Origin: an uncultured Nitrososphaerota archaeon
GTDB taxonomy: Archaea > Thermoproteota > Nitrososphaeria > Nitrososphaerales > CADDZS01
Reading direction: 5' to 3'
Length of the DNA stretch: 64,000 nt
Assembly: GCA_963799845.1 (NCBI GenBank)
Contig: CAWCYI010000006.1
Span: 1,248,001 to 1,312,000 of the forward strand
How positions within the stretch are numbered: the stretch's first letter is position 1; every line of letters begins with the position of its first letter. Under the pieces are notes generated by a model. The model had not been told where the DNA came from. It worked only from the letters and a program-made list of their open reading frames with translations, and did not search any database. Shown one piece after another: positions 50,131 through 61,258 of the stretch. Position numbers and translations under genes: made by a program.

Positions 50131-51516
50131 ATGCCGAAGGATCTACGAACATTTCTGCAGCAAATTCACGAAAACAATCCTGATGAGTATGTGGAGATCG
50201 AAAAGACAGTTGATCCACTTTTTGAACTCACGCAAGTGCTCCAAAAGTTTCAAAGTTTGGGAAGAAATCCCGCAGTCGTCTTCAATCACGTCGAAGGATC
50301 AAGACATAGGGTCGTGTCCAATGTCAATGCGAGCCTTCGCAAGTTGGCCGCTGCTTTTGATTCTGACGAACAGAACATGATGCAGGAGTACATAAAGCGT
50401 GAAGCGAATCTCATCCCCCCGATAGAGGTGGTGCGCGGGCTAGTTCAGGAGATTGTAATGACAGATGAGGCCGTTGATCTTGGTCTGTTACCGATTGTGA
50501 AAAATTGTGTAGGTGATAGTGGGCCATTTGTAAACGCTGGTGCAACAATCTCCAAAGATCCTGAATTAGGTCACTTTAATTCTGGAATATATCGAATGCA
50601 GGTCCATGATAAAACCCATCTTGGATTTTGCATTGAACCTCACAATAAAGTGTCGCACATATTCAACAAATACGAATCGAAGGGGGAGCCAATGGAAATT
50701 GCCTGCGTCTTAGGGCATCATCCTGCTTGTATAATTGCCTCACAATCAAAGCTTCCCTTCGGGACCGATACCTATGCAATCATGGGGGCATTGTTGAAAG
50801 AGCCGATCCGATTGGTAAAGGCAAAAACGGTCAACCTGATGGTACCCGCTGATGCTGAAATAGTGATCGAGGGAAAAATTCTACCCAAGGTTCGAAAAGA
50901 TGAGGGGCCTTATGGAGAGTACACTTGGACGTACGGGCCCGCAAAGCATAGCCCTGTTTTTGAGGTGACGGGCATCACCATGAGGAGAGATGCAATATAC
51001 CAACACGTCTTTGCAGCGAGACGCGATCACAATTACACGGCTCTTCTTCCCAGAATGGCTATTATTTACAACAAAGTGAAAGCTGCGATTCCCTCTCTTC
51101 GCGCAGTGCACATGCCTATAGGAGGATTGTGTCGTTTTGTCGCTTATATTTCGATTAAGAAGGAGTTCGAGGGGGCTGGAAAGAATGCGGCTCTTGTCGC
51201 CCTTGGTTCAGACCCTTTCATAAAGCAGGTCGTTGTCGTTGACGACGATATCAATATTTTCGATGAAACAGATGTTCTGTGGGCAATTGCAACTCGAACA
51301 CAGCCTGATCGCGCTATATTCATGATACCCGAAGCAGCTGGATCATGGCTGGACCCATCATCCTACACTATTGTTAGCAGGGCTGAAAGAGGACTGCTCA
51401 ATACGAAATGGGCAATCGACGCCACCAAGCCGCTCGCGATTCCTTTTCAGGAGAGAGCGGAGGTTGCGCCAGGCTGGGAGAAGATTGATCTCGACGCTTA
51501 TGTGAAAAGTCGCTAG
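50131..51516 (+). CDS. UbiD-family decarboxylase
   Basis: DLRTFL, DSGPFVNAG, NSGIYRMQ, EGPYGEY, VVVDDDINIFD, LDPS, IDATKP. Confidence 0.92.
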   Translation: MPKDLRTFLQQIHENNPDEYVEIEKTVDPLFELTQVLQKFQSLGRNPAVVFNHVEGSRHRVVSNVNASLRKLAAAFDSDEQNMMQEYIKREANLIPPIEVVRGLVQEIVMTDEAVDLGLLPIVKNCVGDSGPFVNAGATISKDPELGHFNSGIYRMQVHDKTHLGFCIEPHNKVSHIFNKYESKGEPMEIACVLGHHPACIIASQSKLPFGTDTYAIMGALLKEPIRLVKAKTVNLMVPADAEIVIEGKILPKVRKDEGPYGEYTWTYGPAKHSPVFEVTGITMRRDAIYQHVFAARRDHNYTALLPRMAIIYNKVKAAIPSLRAVHMPIGGLCRFVAYISIKKEFEGAGKNAALVALGSDPFIKQVVVVDDDINIFDETDVLWAIATRTQPDRAIFMIPEAAGSWLDPSSYTIVSRAERGLLNTKWAIDATKPLAIPFQERAEVAPGWEKIDLDAYVKSR

Positions 51517-51526
51517 CTACAGGGTT

Positions 51527-51958
51527 TCAAATCTTCGAAGAAATGCAATTCGCAAACCGACTCACAAAACCGTCTAGCTGATTCTTGATCACTTGGTTCA
51601 CGATCCATTGGAATGGTCCTTTCGCATCCAAATTCGCGACAAACTTGACCTGGGTTGAATTCTGAGCCTTCTCGCTTAAATCAAGACGAAACTCGCCGTT
51701 AATGTCACCATCGACACTTTCTATCTTTATCGCAAGCTGGTTTGGCTCCGTTCTCTGGATTATCTTTGCCTTTGCATCGATTCTTCGCGCAATGACTCCC
51801 ACAGAGATCTTTACTTTCCAACGCGACTCGACGTCGCTTATTACAGTCACCTGTTCACAACCAGGAACGCAGGCCCCAAGAACATTGGGATCATTCAGCG
51901 CTTTCCAAACACTTGAAAGAGATCCTTTAACCTCAAAATCCCGAGAAATTTGTGGCAT
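51527..51958 (-). CDS. coxG: CoxG / SRPBCC-domain protein
   Basis: VWKALNDPNVLGACVPGC; last gene of an L-M-S-G operon. Confidence 0.8.
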   Translation of the reverse strand: MPQISRDFEVKGSLSSVWKALNDPNVLGACVPGCEQVTVISDVESRWKVKISVGVIARRIDAKAKIIQRTEPNQLAIKIESVDGDINGEFRLDLSEKAQNSTQVKFVANLDAKGPFQWIVNQVIKNQLDGFVSRFANCISSKI

Positions 51959-52000
51959 AGTAACTTATCACATTGATGTTCAATGATCTAAATCAACTAA

Positions 52001-52478
52001 TTACCTCTTTTTGTTCGTTCGATAAATAACTTCTCTTATAGCATCGAGATACGGAATGTATCCGGTACATCTGCAAAGAACGCCGCAAAGGCCGTCCCGG
52101 ATTTCCTCTTCAGTTGGAGAACTATCGCTAGAATTTTCAATCAGAGCTTTTGAAGCTGAATAGCATGGCAGGAGTGCAATATCCACACTGCGGAGCGCTG
52201 TTCCTCAGAAAAGATTCTTGGAGCTCGTTGTACTTGCCTTGTTTTTGCAGGCCTTCAACTGTCATTACCGATTTTCCTTCTGCCTTCCAGAAGGGAGTCA
52301 TGCACGAGTATACACACTTCCCCTCCAACATGATCGTGCACATTCCGCAGCCACCAGAATCGCAACCTCTCTTGACCCCTGTCAAGTCAAGCTGGTTTCT
52401 GAGGACTTCTGCGAGGGAATCACCCGCTCCAGCATCGAGCAAACGTTCTTCATCGTTCACTCTAACTGATATTTTCAT
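52001..52478 (-). CDS. 2Fe-2S small subunit (CoxS/XdhC type), frameshift at about 52158
   Basis: GCDSGGCGMC..SC, QCGYCTP, LCRCTGY. Removing G52158 gives PAMLLASKALI. Confidence 0.88.
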
Positions 52479-52481
52479 TCT

Positions 52482-53372
52482 CTAACTCGCCGATTCCCTA
52501 CTCTGGGATCTCTCTAACGCGTACAGAAGCGCATCTCTCACCAAAACCGGTATCACCTTCTTCTTATACGCTGACGAAGCGTGTACAGAGGGAGTAGGTT
52601 CGAGCTCTAACGTAGCGACTTGCGCTGCTTGGACTATCGTTTCCTCGGAAGCATTTTGTCCCGCTAGAAATTCTTCCGCCCGTTTCGCCCTAATAGGTGT
52701 GCCCGCTACAGCACCGAGCGCGATTCTCGCTTCCATAATCGATTTCTTCTCGTTGTCCAGCATAAGTTTGGCGGCGACGTTCACCACGGCAAAGTCGACC
52801 GATGTTCTCCCAAGCTTCACAAAAGCGGCACCGCAATTTGGATAATCGCGAACTTGAATCTCTACGAGAAGATCTTCAGGACTGAGTGCAGTAATGAAAT
52901 AATCGATGAAGAAATCATCGATCGCAAGTTGACGTTCTCCATTATCGTTTGCGACTATCAACTTTGCATCCAACGCAAGAAGAGTCACAGGCATGTCGTA
53001 AAACGGGATACCACTGCACAGGGATCCACCAATTGTTCCCATGTTTCGGATCTGGGGTGGGGTAATTTTCTTTGCTGTTTCCCGCAATGCTAACCAAGGA
53101 TTTCTTGTTGTGAAATCTGACTTTGCTATACTGCTGAATGACACGGAAGCCCCTACTCTCAACAAGCTGTTTTCAAATATAATTCGATCGAGACTTAACC
53201 TACTAACATCAACCAGTTTGTCAACGTCGGCGAGCGCACCTTGTTTCGATAATTCATAAAGCGTTGTGTTGCCTGCTACAACTCTAGCACTGGGCCCATA
53301 TTCTCGGAGAATCTTCACGGCTTCAGAAATTGATGTTGGTTTCAGGACAATGGACGGATTATACGCGGGCAT
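52482..53372 (-). CDS. FAD-binding medium subunit (CoxM/XdhB type)
   Basis: VAGNTTL, QIRNMGTIGGS, DFAVVNVA, ARIALGAV. Confidence 0.9.
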   Translation of the reverse strand: MPAYNPSIVLKPTSISEAVKILREYGPSARVVAGNTTLYELSKQGALADVDKLVDVSRLSLDRIIFENSLLRVGASVSFSSIAKSDFTTRNPWLALRETAKKITPPQIRNMGTIGGSLCSGIPFYDMPVTLLALDAKLIVANDNGERQLAIDDFFIDYFITALSPEDLLVEIQVRDYPNCGAAFVKLGRTSVDFAVVNVAAKLMLDNEKKSIMEARIALGAVAGTPIRAKRAEEFLAGQNASEETIVQAAQVATLELEPTPSVHASSAYKKKVIPVLVRDALLYALERSQSRESAS

Positions 53373-53376
53373 TTTT

Positions 53377-55733
53377 TCACGCTCGATGATCAATGGCCGC
53401 GAGGATTCTTTCCGGAGTCATTGGAAGATCGTTAACCCAGACGCCCACGGCATCATGAATTGCATTTCGAGTAGCAGCCGCCGTCGGGAGGATTGAAGGC
53501 TCACCTACACTCTTCGCCCCGTATGGCCCGTCTTTGTAGGGAGTCTCTATGATTATTGGCTCGACTATGGGGGCGTCAACTGCCGTCAAAATCTTGTAAT
53601 CGGCGAGATTGGTATTCGAGATTCTTTGGTTTTCTATAACCATTTCCTCGCTCAGAGCTGCACTGAGTCCCATCATCACCGAACCAATTATCTGATTTCT
53701 GACGATCCCGGGGTTGATCGCCTTTCCAGCATCATGGGCAGCAACAATTCGATGCACGCGAACTACGCCAGTTTCAACGTTCACCGACAATTCAACCGCT
53801 TGGGCTACACTCACATAATAAGGAGAGACGCGCCCGCCAATCGCGTGTCCCGTTTCGGGATCCATCTCTGCTTCTTTTTTGAAGACAGATCCGTATCCGA
53901 TTAGTTCGCCACCTTCGGAGACCATACCAAATCTCCCGTAACCAAGCTTGGACCCCCTTGTAAATAGCTCGGAGATTGAGATAGACTCTTTCGGATCTCG
54001 TTTGGAGTAAATTCTTCCAGATTTTACCTCGATACTTTCTGGCGGAATTTTCAAACGCGTTGATGCAGCTTCAGCTATTCTCCTCTTCGCGTCATAACAG
54101 GCGAGCATCAAGGCTTTTCCGATGTTTACGAGCTGTCTGCTGGCAGAAGCGCCTTCGGAAAATCCGCTTGAGGCAGAATCAGATCCGTACACGAGAGGTA
54201 GAAGAATGATATCATTGCTCGATACTCCGAACTCGTTCGCAGCGATTTGAATTAGGCTTGTGTATATTCCCTGTCCATTTTCCACAGCATCTCAGCTGCA
54301 CTTCTATTTTCCCAGTGTCTCTCACACGGACCATAGCCTGATGAGGACCGCCCGCTGCCCACTTGGCGGCAAGTGCAACTCCCTTCCCTTTTCTCCACGG
54401 CCCAGTTTCCCGAACTCTCTTGCTGTACTCAATTGCGCTCGCAACTTCGAGTAGGCATCTCTCGTGGCTGATACTTTCCATTGTTTCTCCAATCGCATTC
54501 CTCTCTCCTTCGTGGATTACGTTGCGCAACCTGAATTCAACGGGATCGATTCCTAAAACAAAGGCATTGTACTCCATTTGGCATTCGATGGCCCAAACCA
54601 TCTGCAAACCCATCGGAGACCTCTTAGGAGTTCCCGGCACAAGATTCGTGTAAACGCGGTAAGAGTCAATACTCAAGTTAGGAATATTGTAAACATCGAT
54701 AGACTGCGAGCAGACCCTTTCTTAACAACCCATTACCTAGAGTCCCAAAAGCGCCTCCGTTGTAGATCGCTCTTATCTCCCGTGCTATTATCTTTCCTTC
54801 ATTCGTTACCCCATCCTTGATTCTAATGATTGAAGGGTGCCTGACACCTGTTGCGTTCATCGATTCTTCTCTCGATAGGTTTAGCTTAACAGGCCGGTGC
54901 GATTTCATAGCAAGCTTAGCGCAGATCGCTGCAATGTGCGACTCTTCTTTGCTTCCGAACCAGCCCCCCAAGAGCTGCACTTTGACTCGCACACGATAAG
55001 GATCTATTCCAAGACACCCCGCGACCTCGATCTGAGTCTTGTGAGCTCCGTGACTGGTGCACCAGATAGTCACTCCACCGTCCGCATCCTCGCTCGCAAG
55101 AAAAGAAAGCGGTTCTAGTTGGAAGTGAGATTCCATCTGAGTAGTGTATCTCTTCTCAATGACTTTGTCGGCTTTCGCGAAGGCCTGTCTGGTGTCACCC
55201 TGTCTAATTTTCAAATACCGACCCACGTTCGGGCGACTGTTATTTACACTCGGATGAGTGATTATCGTTGGAGGATTGTCAGACATCGCTATTTCCGGAT
55301 CAGACATCGAGGGAAGCTCTTCGTACTCGATGTCAATTGCATTGGATGCAGTTTCGGCGAGCTCATTAGTCTCCGCCGCTACAGCTGCGATGGCCTGATT
55401 TGCGTAAAGTGCCTCTTTGAATGCCAGCGGAGGAGTGTCCTCGTTGATTGGCGAGGGAAAGTCGTCCGGAGTTACTATTGCCCTAACACCAGGCAGCTCG
55501 GTCGCTCTAGAGACGTTGATATTTACGATCCTAGCGTGAGGATAGGGACATCTCTTTATTTTGGCAAAAAGCATTTTGTGCATTTTCATGTCGTGAGTGT
55601 ACACAAGCTTCCCTGTTACCTTCATTGCGAGATCGACTCGAGGCGCTGAGATTCCAATAAGTTTCTCTCGATCCTCGACGAGGAGTATGTTTTCTTGAGA
55701 ATGCATTTGATTTTTAGGCAGATTTCCGTCCAA
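53377..55733 (-). CDS. Xanthine dehydrogenase-family large subunit with atypical active-site loop, frameshifts at about 54693 and 54293
   Basis: Three ORF pieces join after single-base removals (..LLAAIDVYNIPNL..; ..EVQLDAVENGQG..). Motifs: LGGWFGSK, loop PKRSPMG, GAKSVGE. Confidence 0.85.
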
Positions 55734-56329
55734 TAAGAACTTTCTTCAGAGCAACGAAAAAATTAGTTCAGATTCACGATTTATTGAATAATCACATTTC
55801 CCGGCTATTCCTTTGGGATAACTGTCAGAGGCTTTTCTCGCATTACGACATAGGTTGTAGTCTTACCGCAACCAAAGGGTCAAAACAAACAAATGACTTC
55901 CTTGCCCACCACAAATGAAACATCATTTACAGCAGCTGACTTTGAACCCTTAACACATCTCTGGTGGGGTGTCTTGCATTAATGACGGGGGTTAAAGACG
56001 AGATTTACTTTTGTCCCTCTTTCAAGATAATCAATTAACTGCTAGACTCTGATTTTGATTTTCTATGATATTACATTTCATGGGGTCCCTTCTCGGCCTA
56101 AATCTTTGGGGATTTTTTCCGATAAATCCAGGCCAATATGCTACATTTCGTTCGGCAGACTTCCGAAGCAATCGTAGCAATACACATGATCCTTGATTCT
56201 GACTAAGTTCGAAGTCGTAAGTTGACTTCCACAGATTTCGCAGGTGAAGCTCTCCGAATCCATTTCTGTCGAATCTCTTCTCACTTGTTTATGAGGTAGA
56301 TCCTCGAGATTTGTTATCTTGGAGTTTCT

Positions 56330-57802
56330 TCATCTTACGTTAAGATGATTCAAAGGCGATTCAAGAATCGCATTTCTTCCGGCGATCCTCCCGGACGCAA
56401 GAGCTTCCGAGACGTTTCCATCGCTCTGGTAGATAATTCCCCAAATTGATCCTAGCTCACCTGCCGAGTAAAGCCGCTTGATTGGCTCTCCAAATGAGTC
56501 CAAAACTTGCCCCTTGTCGTTCCGTTTCGGGCCTCCCTGAGTGTTCAATAAAGAAGGCCAGAGCTCTATTGCGTAAAAAGGCGGATTATTCAGAGGCATG
56601 AGATCTGGTTTCCTTCTTCCAAATTCCTTGTCGTAGCCTAATTTGCAAGACTCATTGTAGACGTGTAATGTTCGCGACAAAAGTTCGGGGTTCAGACCGA
56701 TCTTATTTCCGAGATCAGCAAAATCGTATCCTTCGATAATCCAGCCCTTTTCCAACTCTTTCTTGTTGTCCACACTCCATTCTCCATAAAGCGACCACTC
56801 AGGGCATAATGTCTTCGATGATAAATTTGTATTGTCAAAAATCAAGTAACATGGAATCCTCGGATAATCTAGTGCTACAGGATCGAAATATGTAACTGAA
56901 AGGCACATGAGATGAGCTTCTATCTCTCCTTCGTTCACGAATCGCTTTCCATACTTATCCACGAAAACGAACGAAGACTTCGATAGTCCTAATGGAAAAG
57001 CATGGTCATATTCTGGTTTCTTAACGGCTGGATATCCCGCGACGCAATTCATGTGCCATAACGCGGCTCCTAGTTTGGCCGCCATCTTTATTCCATCTCC
57101 AGTGTTGGTGCGAGCACCAATCGCATAATATATCCCGCCAGGTAGGTACTCAGCCTTCAAATCTTCTGAATACTCAAACCCACCGCTTGCCAGAATTATT
57201 CCTCGCCTCGCTGCAAATCGAGCGATGGCGCCCTCGTCTTCAGCCTGGACACCGATGACTTCCCCAGAATTATTCGTTAGAAGCTGTGTCGCCCTAACTT
57301 TGAACAAGACTTTGATACCATTTTTTTTGACGTTTTCGTCCAATAGTCTGAAGAGATTTTGGCCACCACGATCGTGTCCCTTTACGCTGTAGATTCTAAT
57401 CGATTTAGCCCCTGGTAGTTTCGGATAACCGGGACCGGGCGGAAACTTCGGGTAACCCGGTGTCCCCGCAAATTCCGCGATTTCGCCCCCCAAGCTTTTG
57501 AGCCAATCGTTGTTCTTCGTGTTTTCAAGAGCAAAAGCTCTGATGAGATCTCTATCATCTTTAGATATGCGAGGCCCTTCCAGTTTTCTTATTGCTTCAA
57601 TGTAGTCGACCGTTGCCTCACAATCGTCTGAGCAAAAATATGCGTATGAAAGCCTAGTATTGCCTCCCGCAGCTTCTGCCTTCTCAAGGACGAGGACTTC
57701 AGCACCCCGACTAGAAGCCTCGATAGCTGCACTTGCCCCAGCTCCGCCATAACCTACAATGATCACATCCGCAATCAAATCCCAGCTTCCATTCTCGCCC
57801 AT
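56330..57802 (-). CDS. FAD-dependent oxidoreductase, fumarate reductase flavoprotein / 3-ketosteroid dehydrogenase (FAD_binding_2) family
   Basis: VGYGGAG, GGNT, LASGGFE, NTGDG, GKRFVNE, NTQGGP, LYSAGE. Confidence 0.85.
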   Translation of the reverse strand: MGENGSWDLIADVIIVGYGGAGASAAIEASSRGAEVLVLEKAEAAGGNTRLSYAYFCSDDCEATVDYIEAIRKLEGPRISKDDRDLIRAFALENTKNNDWLKSLGGEIAEFAGTPGYPKFPPGPGYPKLPGAKSIRIYSVKGHDRGGQNLFRLLDENVKKNGIKVLFKVRATQLLTNNSGEVIGVQAEDEGAIARFAARRGIILASGGFEYSEDLKAEYLPGGIYYAIGARTNTGDGIKMAAKLGAALWHMNCVAGYPAVKKPEYDHAFPLGLSKSSFVFVDKYGKRFVNEGEIEAHLMCLSVTYFDPVALDYPRIPCYLIFDNTNLSSKTLCPEWSLYGEWSVDNKKELEKGWIIEGYDFADLGNKIGLNPELLSRTLHVYNESCKLGYDKEFGRRKPDLMPLNNPPFYAIELWPSLLNTQGGPKRNDKGQVLDSFGEPIKRLYSAGELGSIWGIIYQSDGNVSEALASGRIAGRNAILESPLNHLNVR

Positions 57803-57942
57803 TAGATTACGGATCTTTTCCTCGATAATGCCAAGCTTTTGAAGTTACCGAAAATACGGTGCTAGGTTACGTGATTCTTTTCTTGCTATCCCTAGTAACT
57901 TCAAAGATCTTTAATAATAATTGAAACAGTTTCTCGCAGGCC

Positions 57943-58566
57943 GTGAAAAAACAAGAGATACCAATCGAAGGTCTATACGGGAAGCGTTTTTTTCCTCCGA
58001 CGCCCGTTTGCATAGTTTCCGCGGTGAATGAGAAAGGCTGGGCGAATATCGCACCGGTATCTCAGCTGCTTTATTTGAGCTATCATGGCAGCGGAATCCC
58101 GAAAGCTCTGATTATCGGATTATCTTCGTATCACGACGGGAAGCGAAAGGTCATGAGAATTTACCAGAACATACTTGAGACAAGGCAGTTTGTGGTCAAC
58201 ATTCCTCCCAGCAGTTTGGCAGAAACTATGAACAAACTAACAAAGGCATATCGAGACGGGTTCGATAAGTTCAAGGCCTTTTCGCTCACGTCAATTCCAT
58301 CTCTCAGGGTAAAGCCGCCGTCCGTGAAAGAATGCACAATACATCTCGAATGCGAGATGATTGCTCAGGAGTACTTAGGTTTCCAACATGACATCATCTT
58401 GGGCAATGTTGTCGCAACAAGAGCTGATGAGAACCTTTTGAAATGTAAGGATGAGGACCGAGTAACCCTCATGAATCCGGTGTACTGGTATGGAGTGTCT
58501 CCAGCCTATGGGAAGTATTACACAATCGGATCCGCTGTCGGAAATAGAGTCTTAGATAACGAATGA
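57943..58566 (+). CDS. Flavin reductase-like FMN-binding protein
   Basis: NIAPVS, NILETRQFVVNIP, VKPPSVKEC..HLEC, HDIILG.V. Confidence 0.85.
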   Translation: MKKQEIPIEGLYGKRFFPPTPVCIVSAVNEKGWANIAPVSQLLYLSYHGSGIPKALIIGLSSYHDGKRKVMRIYQNILETRQFVVNIPPSSLAETMNKLTKAYRDGFDKFKAFSLTSIPSLRVKPPSVKECTIHLECEMIAQEYLGFQHDIILGNVVATRADENLLKCKDEDRVTLMNPVYWYGVSPAYGKYYTIGSAVGNRVLDNE

Positions 58567-58724
58567 ATAACAGATTTGACTTTCCAAATGTGGAAGATGG
58601 GGCCCAAGAATCATGACAGGCCCTGCGGAATAACTCTTCTTAGGGCATATCGACAGTACTTTTTCCCGTTTTTCCTGGTGAAAGTCATGCACTACAATCG
58701 TACTTGATATCGGGTGCTGATTGG

Positions 58725-60149
58725 ATGGAACACAAGTGGACTGTTGTAGTGATTGCATCAATGGGCACATTGATGGCGGGGATCGACGGAAGAATTATCG
58801 TTATTGGGATTCCCACAATAGCCAATCAGCTGCATGCGGAAGCTGATCAGGTGATTTGGATCAGTCAAGCGTATCTGCTTGCGAGCACTGTCGGCCTCCT
58901 ATTCAGCTGGTCGGCTCTCGGATATCTATGGAAAGGTCAGGCTCTACGTTATTGGATTTCTCTTATTCACAATCGGGTCTGCTATTTGCTCATTGTCCCA
59001 GAATTTTTCAGAGTTAATCATGTTCAGAGTCGCGCAAGGGATCGGAGCAGCCGTTCTCATGACTAATAGTTCGGCGATAGTTACCGATGCAGCTCCGAAA
59101 GGAGAGCTTGGAAAGATGCTGGGCATCAGTCAAACCTCTTGGCGAGTAGGATCGATTGCCGGGTTGACACTTTCGGGAATTATTCTTTCGATAACGAGCT
59201 GGCGAGGACTGTTCTATGTGAACATACCAATTGGAATCATTGGTACCATCTGGTCTTATTACAGACTTCGAGACACGTCAGTCAAAGATTCTTCAAAGAA
59301 GATTGACTGGTCTGGCTTATGTTGCTTCTGCGTCTCCCTTACGACGATACTGCTCTCATTGACATACTTCAGCTGACGGCCCCTCGGGCTACCTCGGAGG
59401 GATTGGTCTACTGTTCGCGGGCATCCTTTTGTTGGGGATCTTTCTGAGGATAGAAACGAGAACTCCTCAGCCGTTAATTGACTTGACATTGTTTAAGAAC
59501 CGAGTATTTGCGACCGGTAACATCGCGCAGCTGCTGAACGCTCTAGTGTGGGGAGCGATTATTCTTCTGATGGCATTTTATCTCCAGATAGGTTTGGGGT
59601 ACGGGAGCTCTAGAGGCAGGTTTGGCGATAGCCCCCCTCGAAATTACTTATGTAGTGGTATCAGTTGTTTGTGGAAGGCTCTCCGACAGATACGGCTCGG
59701 TAATCCTTTCAACAGCCGGTTTGATAACAATAACTTGCGGCCTGCTCATTTTGTCGCTGTTCAATGGAGAAACAAGCTACTTGCAGATAGCAGTAGGCTT
59801 GTCAATTCTCGGAGTAGGAAATGGCATGTTTACCTCGCCAAATTCGAGTGCGATAATGGGATCAGTTCCAGCCGACAGAAGGGGTATTGCGTCCGCTTTC
59901 TGGAATATGATGTTTCAAATAGGATTGACTGCAAGCTATGGACTGGCTGTCCTAATGATTGCATCAGTCGTACCATACAATGCATTCTCGACCCTCCTTC
60001 AGGGTTCTATTGCGAGCTCAGTTGCATCCATTGCAAGAAACGAATTCTTTAATGGCTTCAGACTGGTGACGCTAATATTTGTCGCAATTGATTTGGCTGC
60101 GATAGGGATTGTCTTTGCAGGCTCTCGCGCACGGATTATTCGTTATTGA
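58725..60149 (+). CDS. MFS transporter (DHA2/EmrB-like), frameshifts at about 58904, 59375 and 59605
   Basis: WISQAYLL, GRLSDIYG, RVAQGIG, WRGLFYVNIPIG, PLIDL.LFKNR, PNSSAIM spread over four frames; each break is fixed by one base. Confidence 0.85.
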
Positions 60150-61005
60150 GAATCCTCTCCTCTCCGGAATAGAGATTGAACCTGTCATTACGCAGAAATC
60201 CGACAAGGGTCAAACCATACTCTCTCGCCAAATCTACAGCTAGGCTACTTGGTGCACCGACCGACGCTATCGCGGGGATTCCAGCGAGGACCGCCTTCTG
60301 GACGAGTTCGAAGCTCGCTCTGCCACTCAATAGGAGAATAGTATTCGAGGCAGGAAGTTTGCCAGAGAAAAATGCCGCCCCTACGAGTTTATCAAGCGCG
60401 TTGTGCCGTCCTACATCCTCCCTCAACAAAACCAAATTACCATCTTGATCGAAGAGGGCTGATGCATGGAGTCCGCCAGTACGGGCGAAAACTCCTTGGG
60501 ACTTTCGAACAATATCAGGGAGTTGCCGGAGCATTTTTGTTGAAACAAAAATATCGCCGACAGGCCGTGTCTCGCAAACCGCTTTGACTAGCTCTAGAGA
60601 ACCTTTGCCGCATATTCCGCAACTAGAAGAAGTGTACACGTTCCTGCTAAGTTTCTGGTGGTCGAACAATGTGTCATCTGAAAGGAATACACTGACTATG
60701 TTGAATTGCTGCTCAACTCCTGGGTCTTTGCAATAAGATATCTGAAGAATCTGATTCTTGTCTTTGACAACGCCCTCGGAGAATAGAAAACCTGCTGATA
60801 ATTCGAAATCGTTGCCCGGGGTTCGCATAGTTACCGCGATTGAAAATGAAACCCAACTTCCTCCGCCATCCCGGTCTCTCCGCAGAACCCTTATCTCTAA
60901 AGGTTCTTCAGTCGCCAACTCATCTGTCTTAGATGTTATGTGATTGTTAGAAAACTCTTTCAAGTTAGTGCTGACGGTGCTTGCTGGTCTGGGTGATGTT
61001 TCCAT
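60136..61005 (-). CDS. fdhD: Formate dehydrogenase accessory sulfurtransferase
   Basis: EEPLEI, TMRTPG, SSCGICG, TGGLH, EDVGRHNALDK, SGRASFE. Confidence 0.93.
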   Translation of the reverse strand: METSPRPASTVSTNLKEFSNNHITSKTDELATEEPLEIRVLRRDRDGGGSWVSFSIAVTMRTPGNDFELSAGFLFSEGVVKDKNQILQISYCKDPGVEQQFNIVSVFLSDDTLFDHQKLSRNVYTSSSCGICGKGSLELVKAVCETRPVGDIFVSTKMLRQLPDIVRKSQGVFARTGGLHASALFDQDGNLVLLREDVGRHNALDKLVGAAFFSGKLPASNTILLLSGRASFELVQKAVLAGIPAIASVGAPSSLAVDLAREYGLTLVGFLRNDRFNLYSGEERILNNE

Positions 61006-61258
61006 TCAGGTTTCAGCTAAACCCTCAGATGTATTTTTGCTTGATATTGATATTCTCCCTCCCCCATTATGCAAGGTTTTTTCAGCAACCCTTTGATAGA
61101 TTGATAAAGATATTATTCCGTGCATTTCTCTTATGAACGCCGGCAAGACTTGATGCATGATCGGTTAGGATTATTGCTCCCCGCTTTCTGAAAATCAGCT
61201 CGATAACGGGAAATCGTGCTAGATATGTTTAATATGAATTGGCTGGACGTGAGAATTT

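Noticed and set aside
55740-56320. Long intergenic gap as a possible ncRNA or gene relic
   Set aside because: No convincing ORF, repeat or stable structure was found by eye.
59371-59377. In-frame TGA in the MFS gene as possible selenocysteine or read-through
   Set aside because: Homology continues in another frame; removing G59375 gives SYG. It is an AGCT-associated indel.
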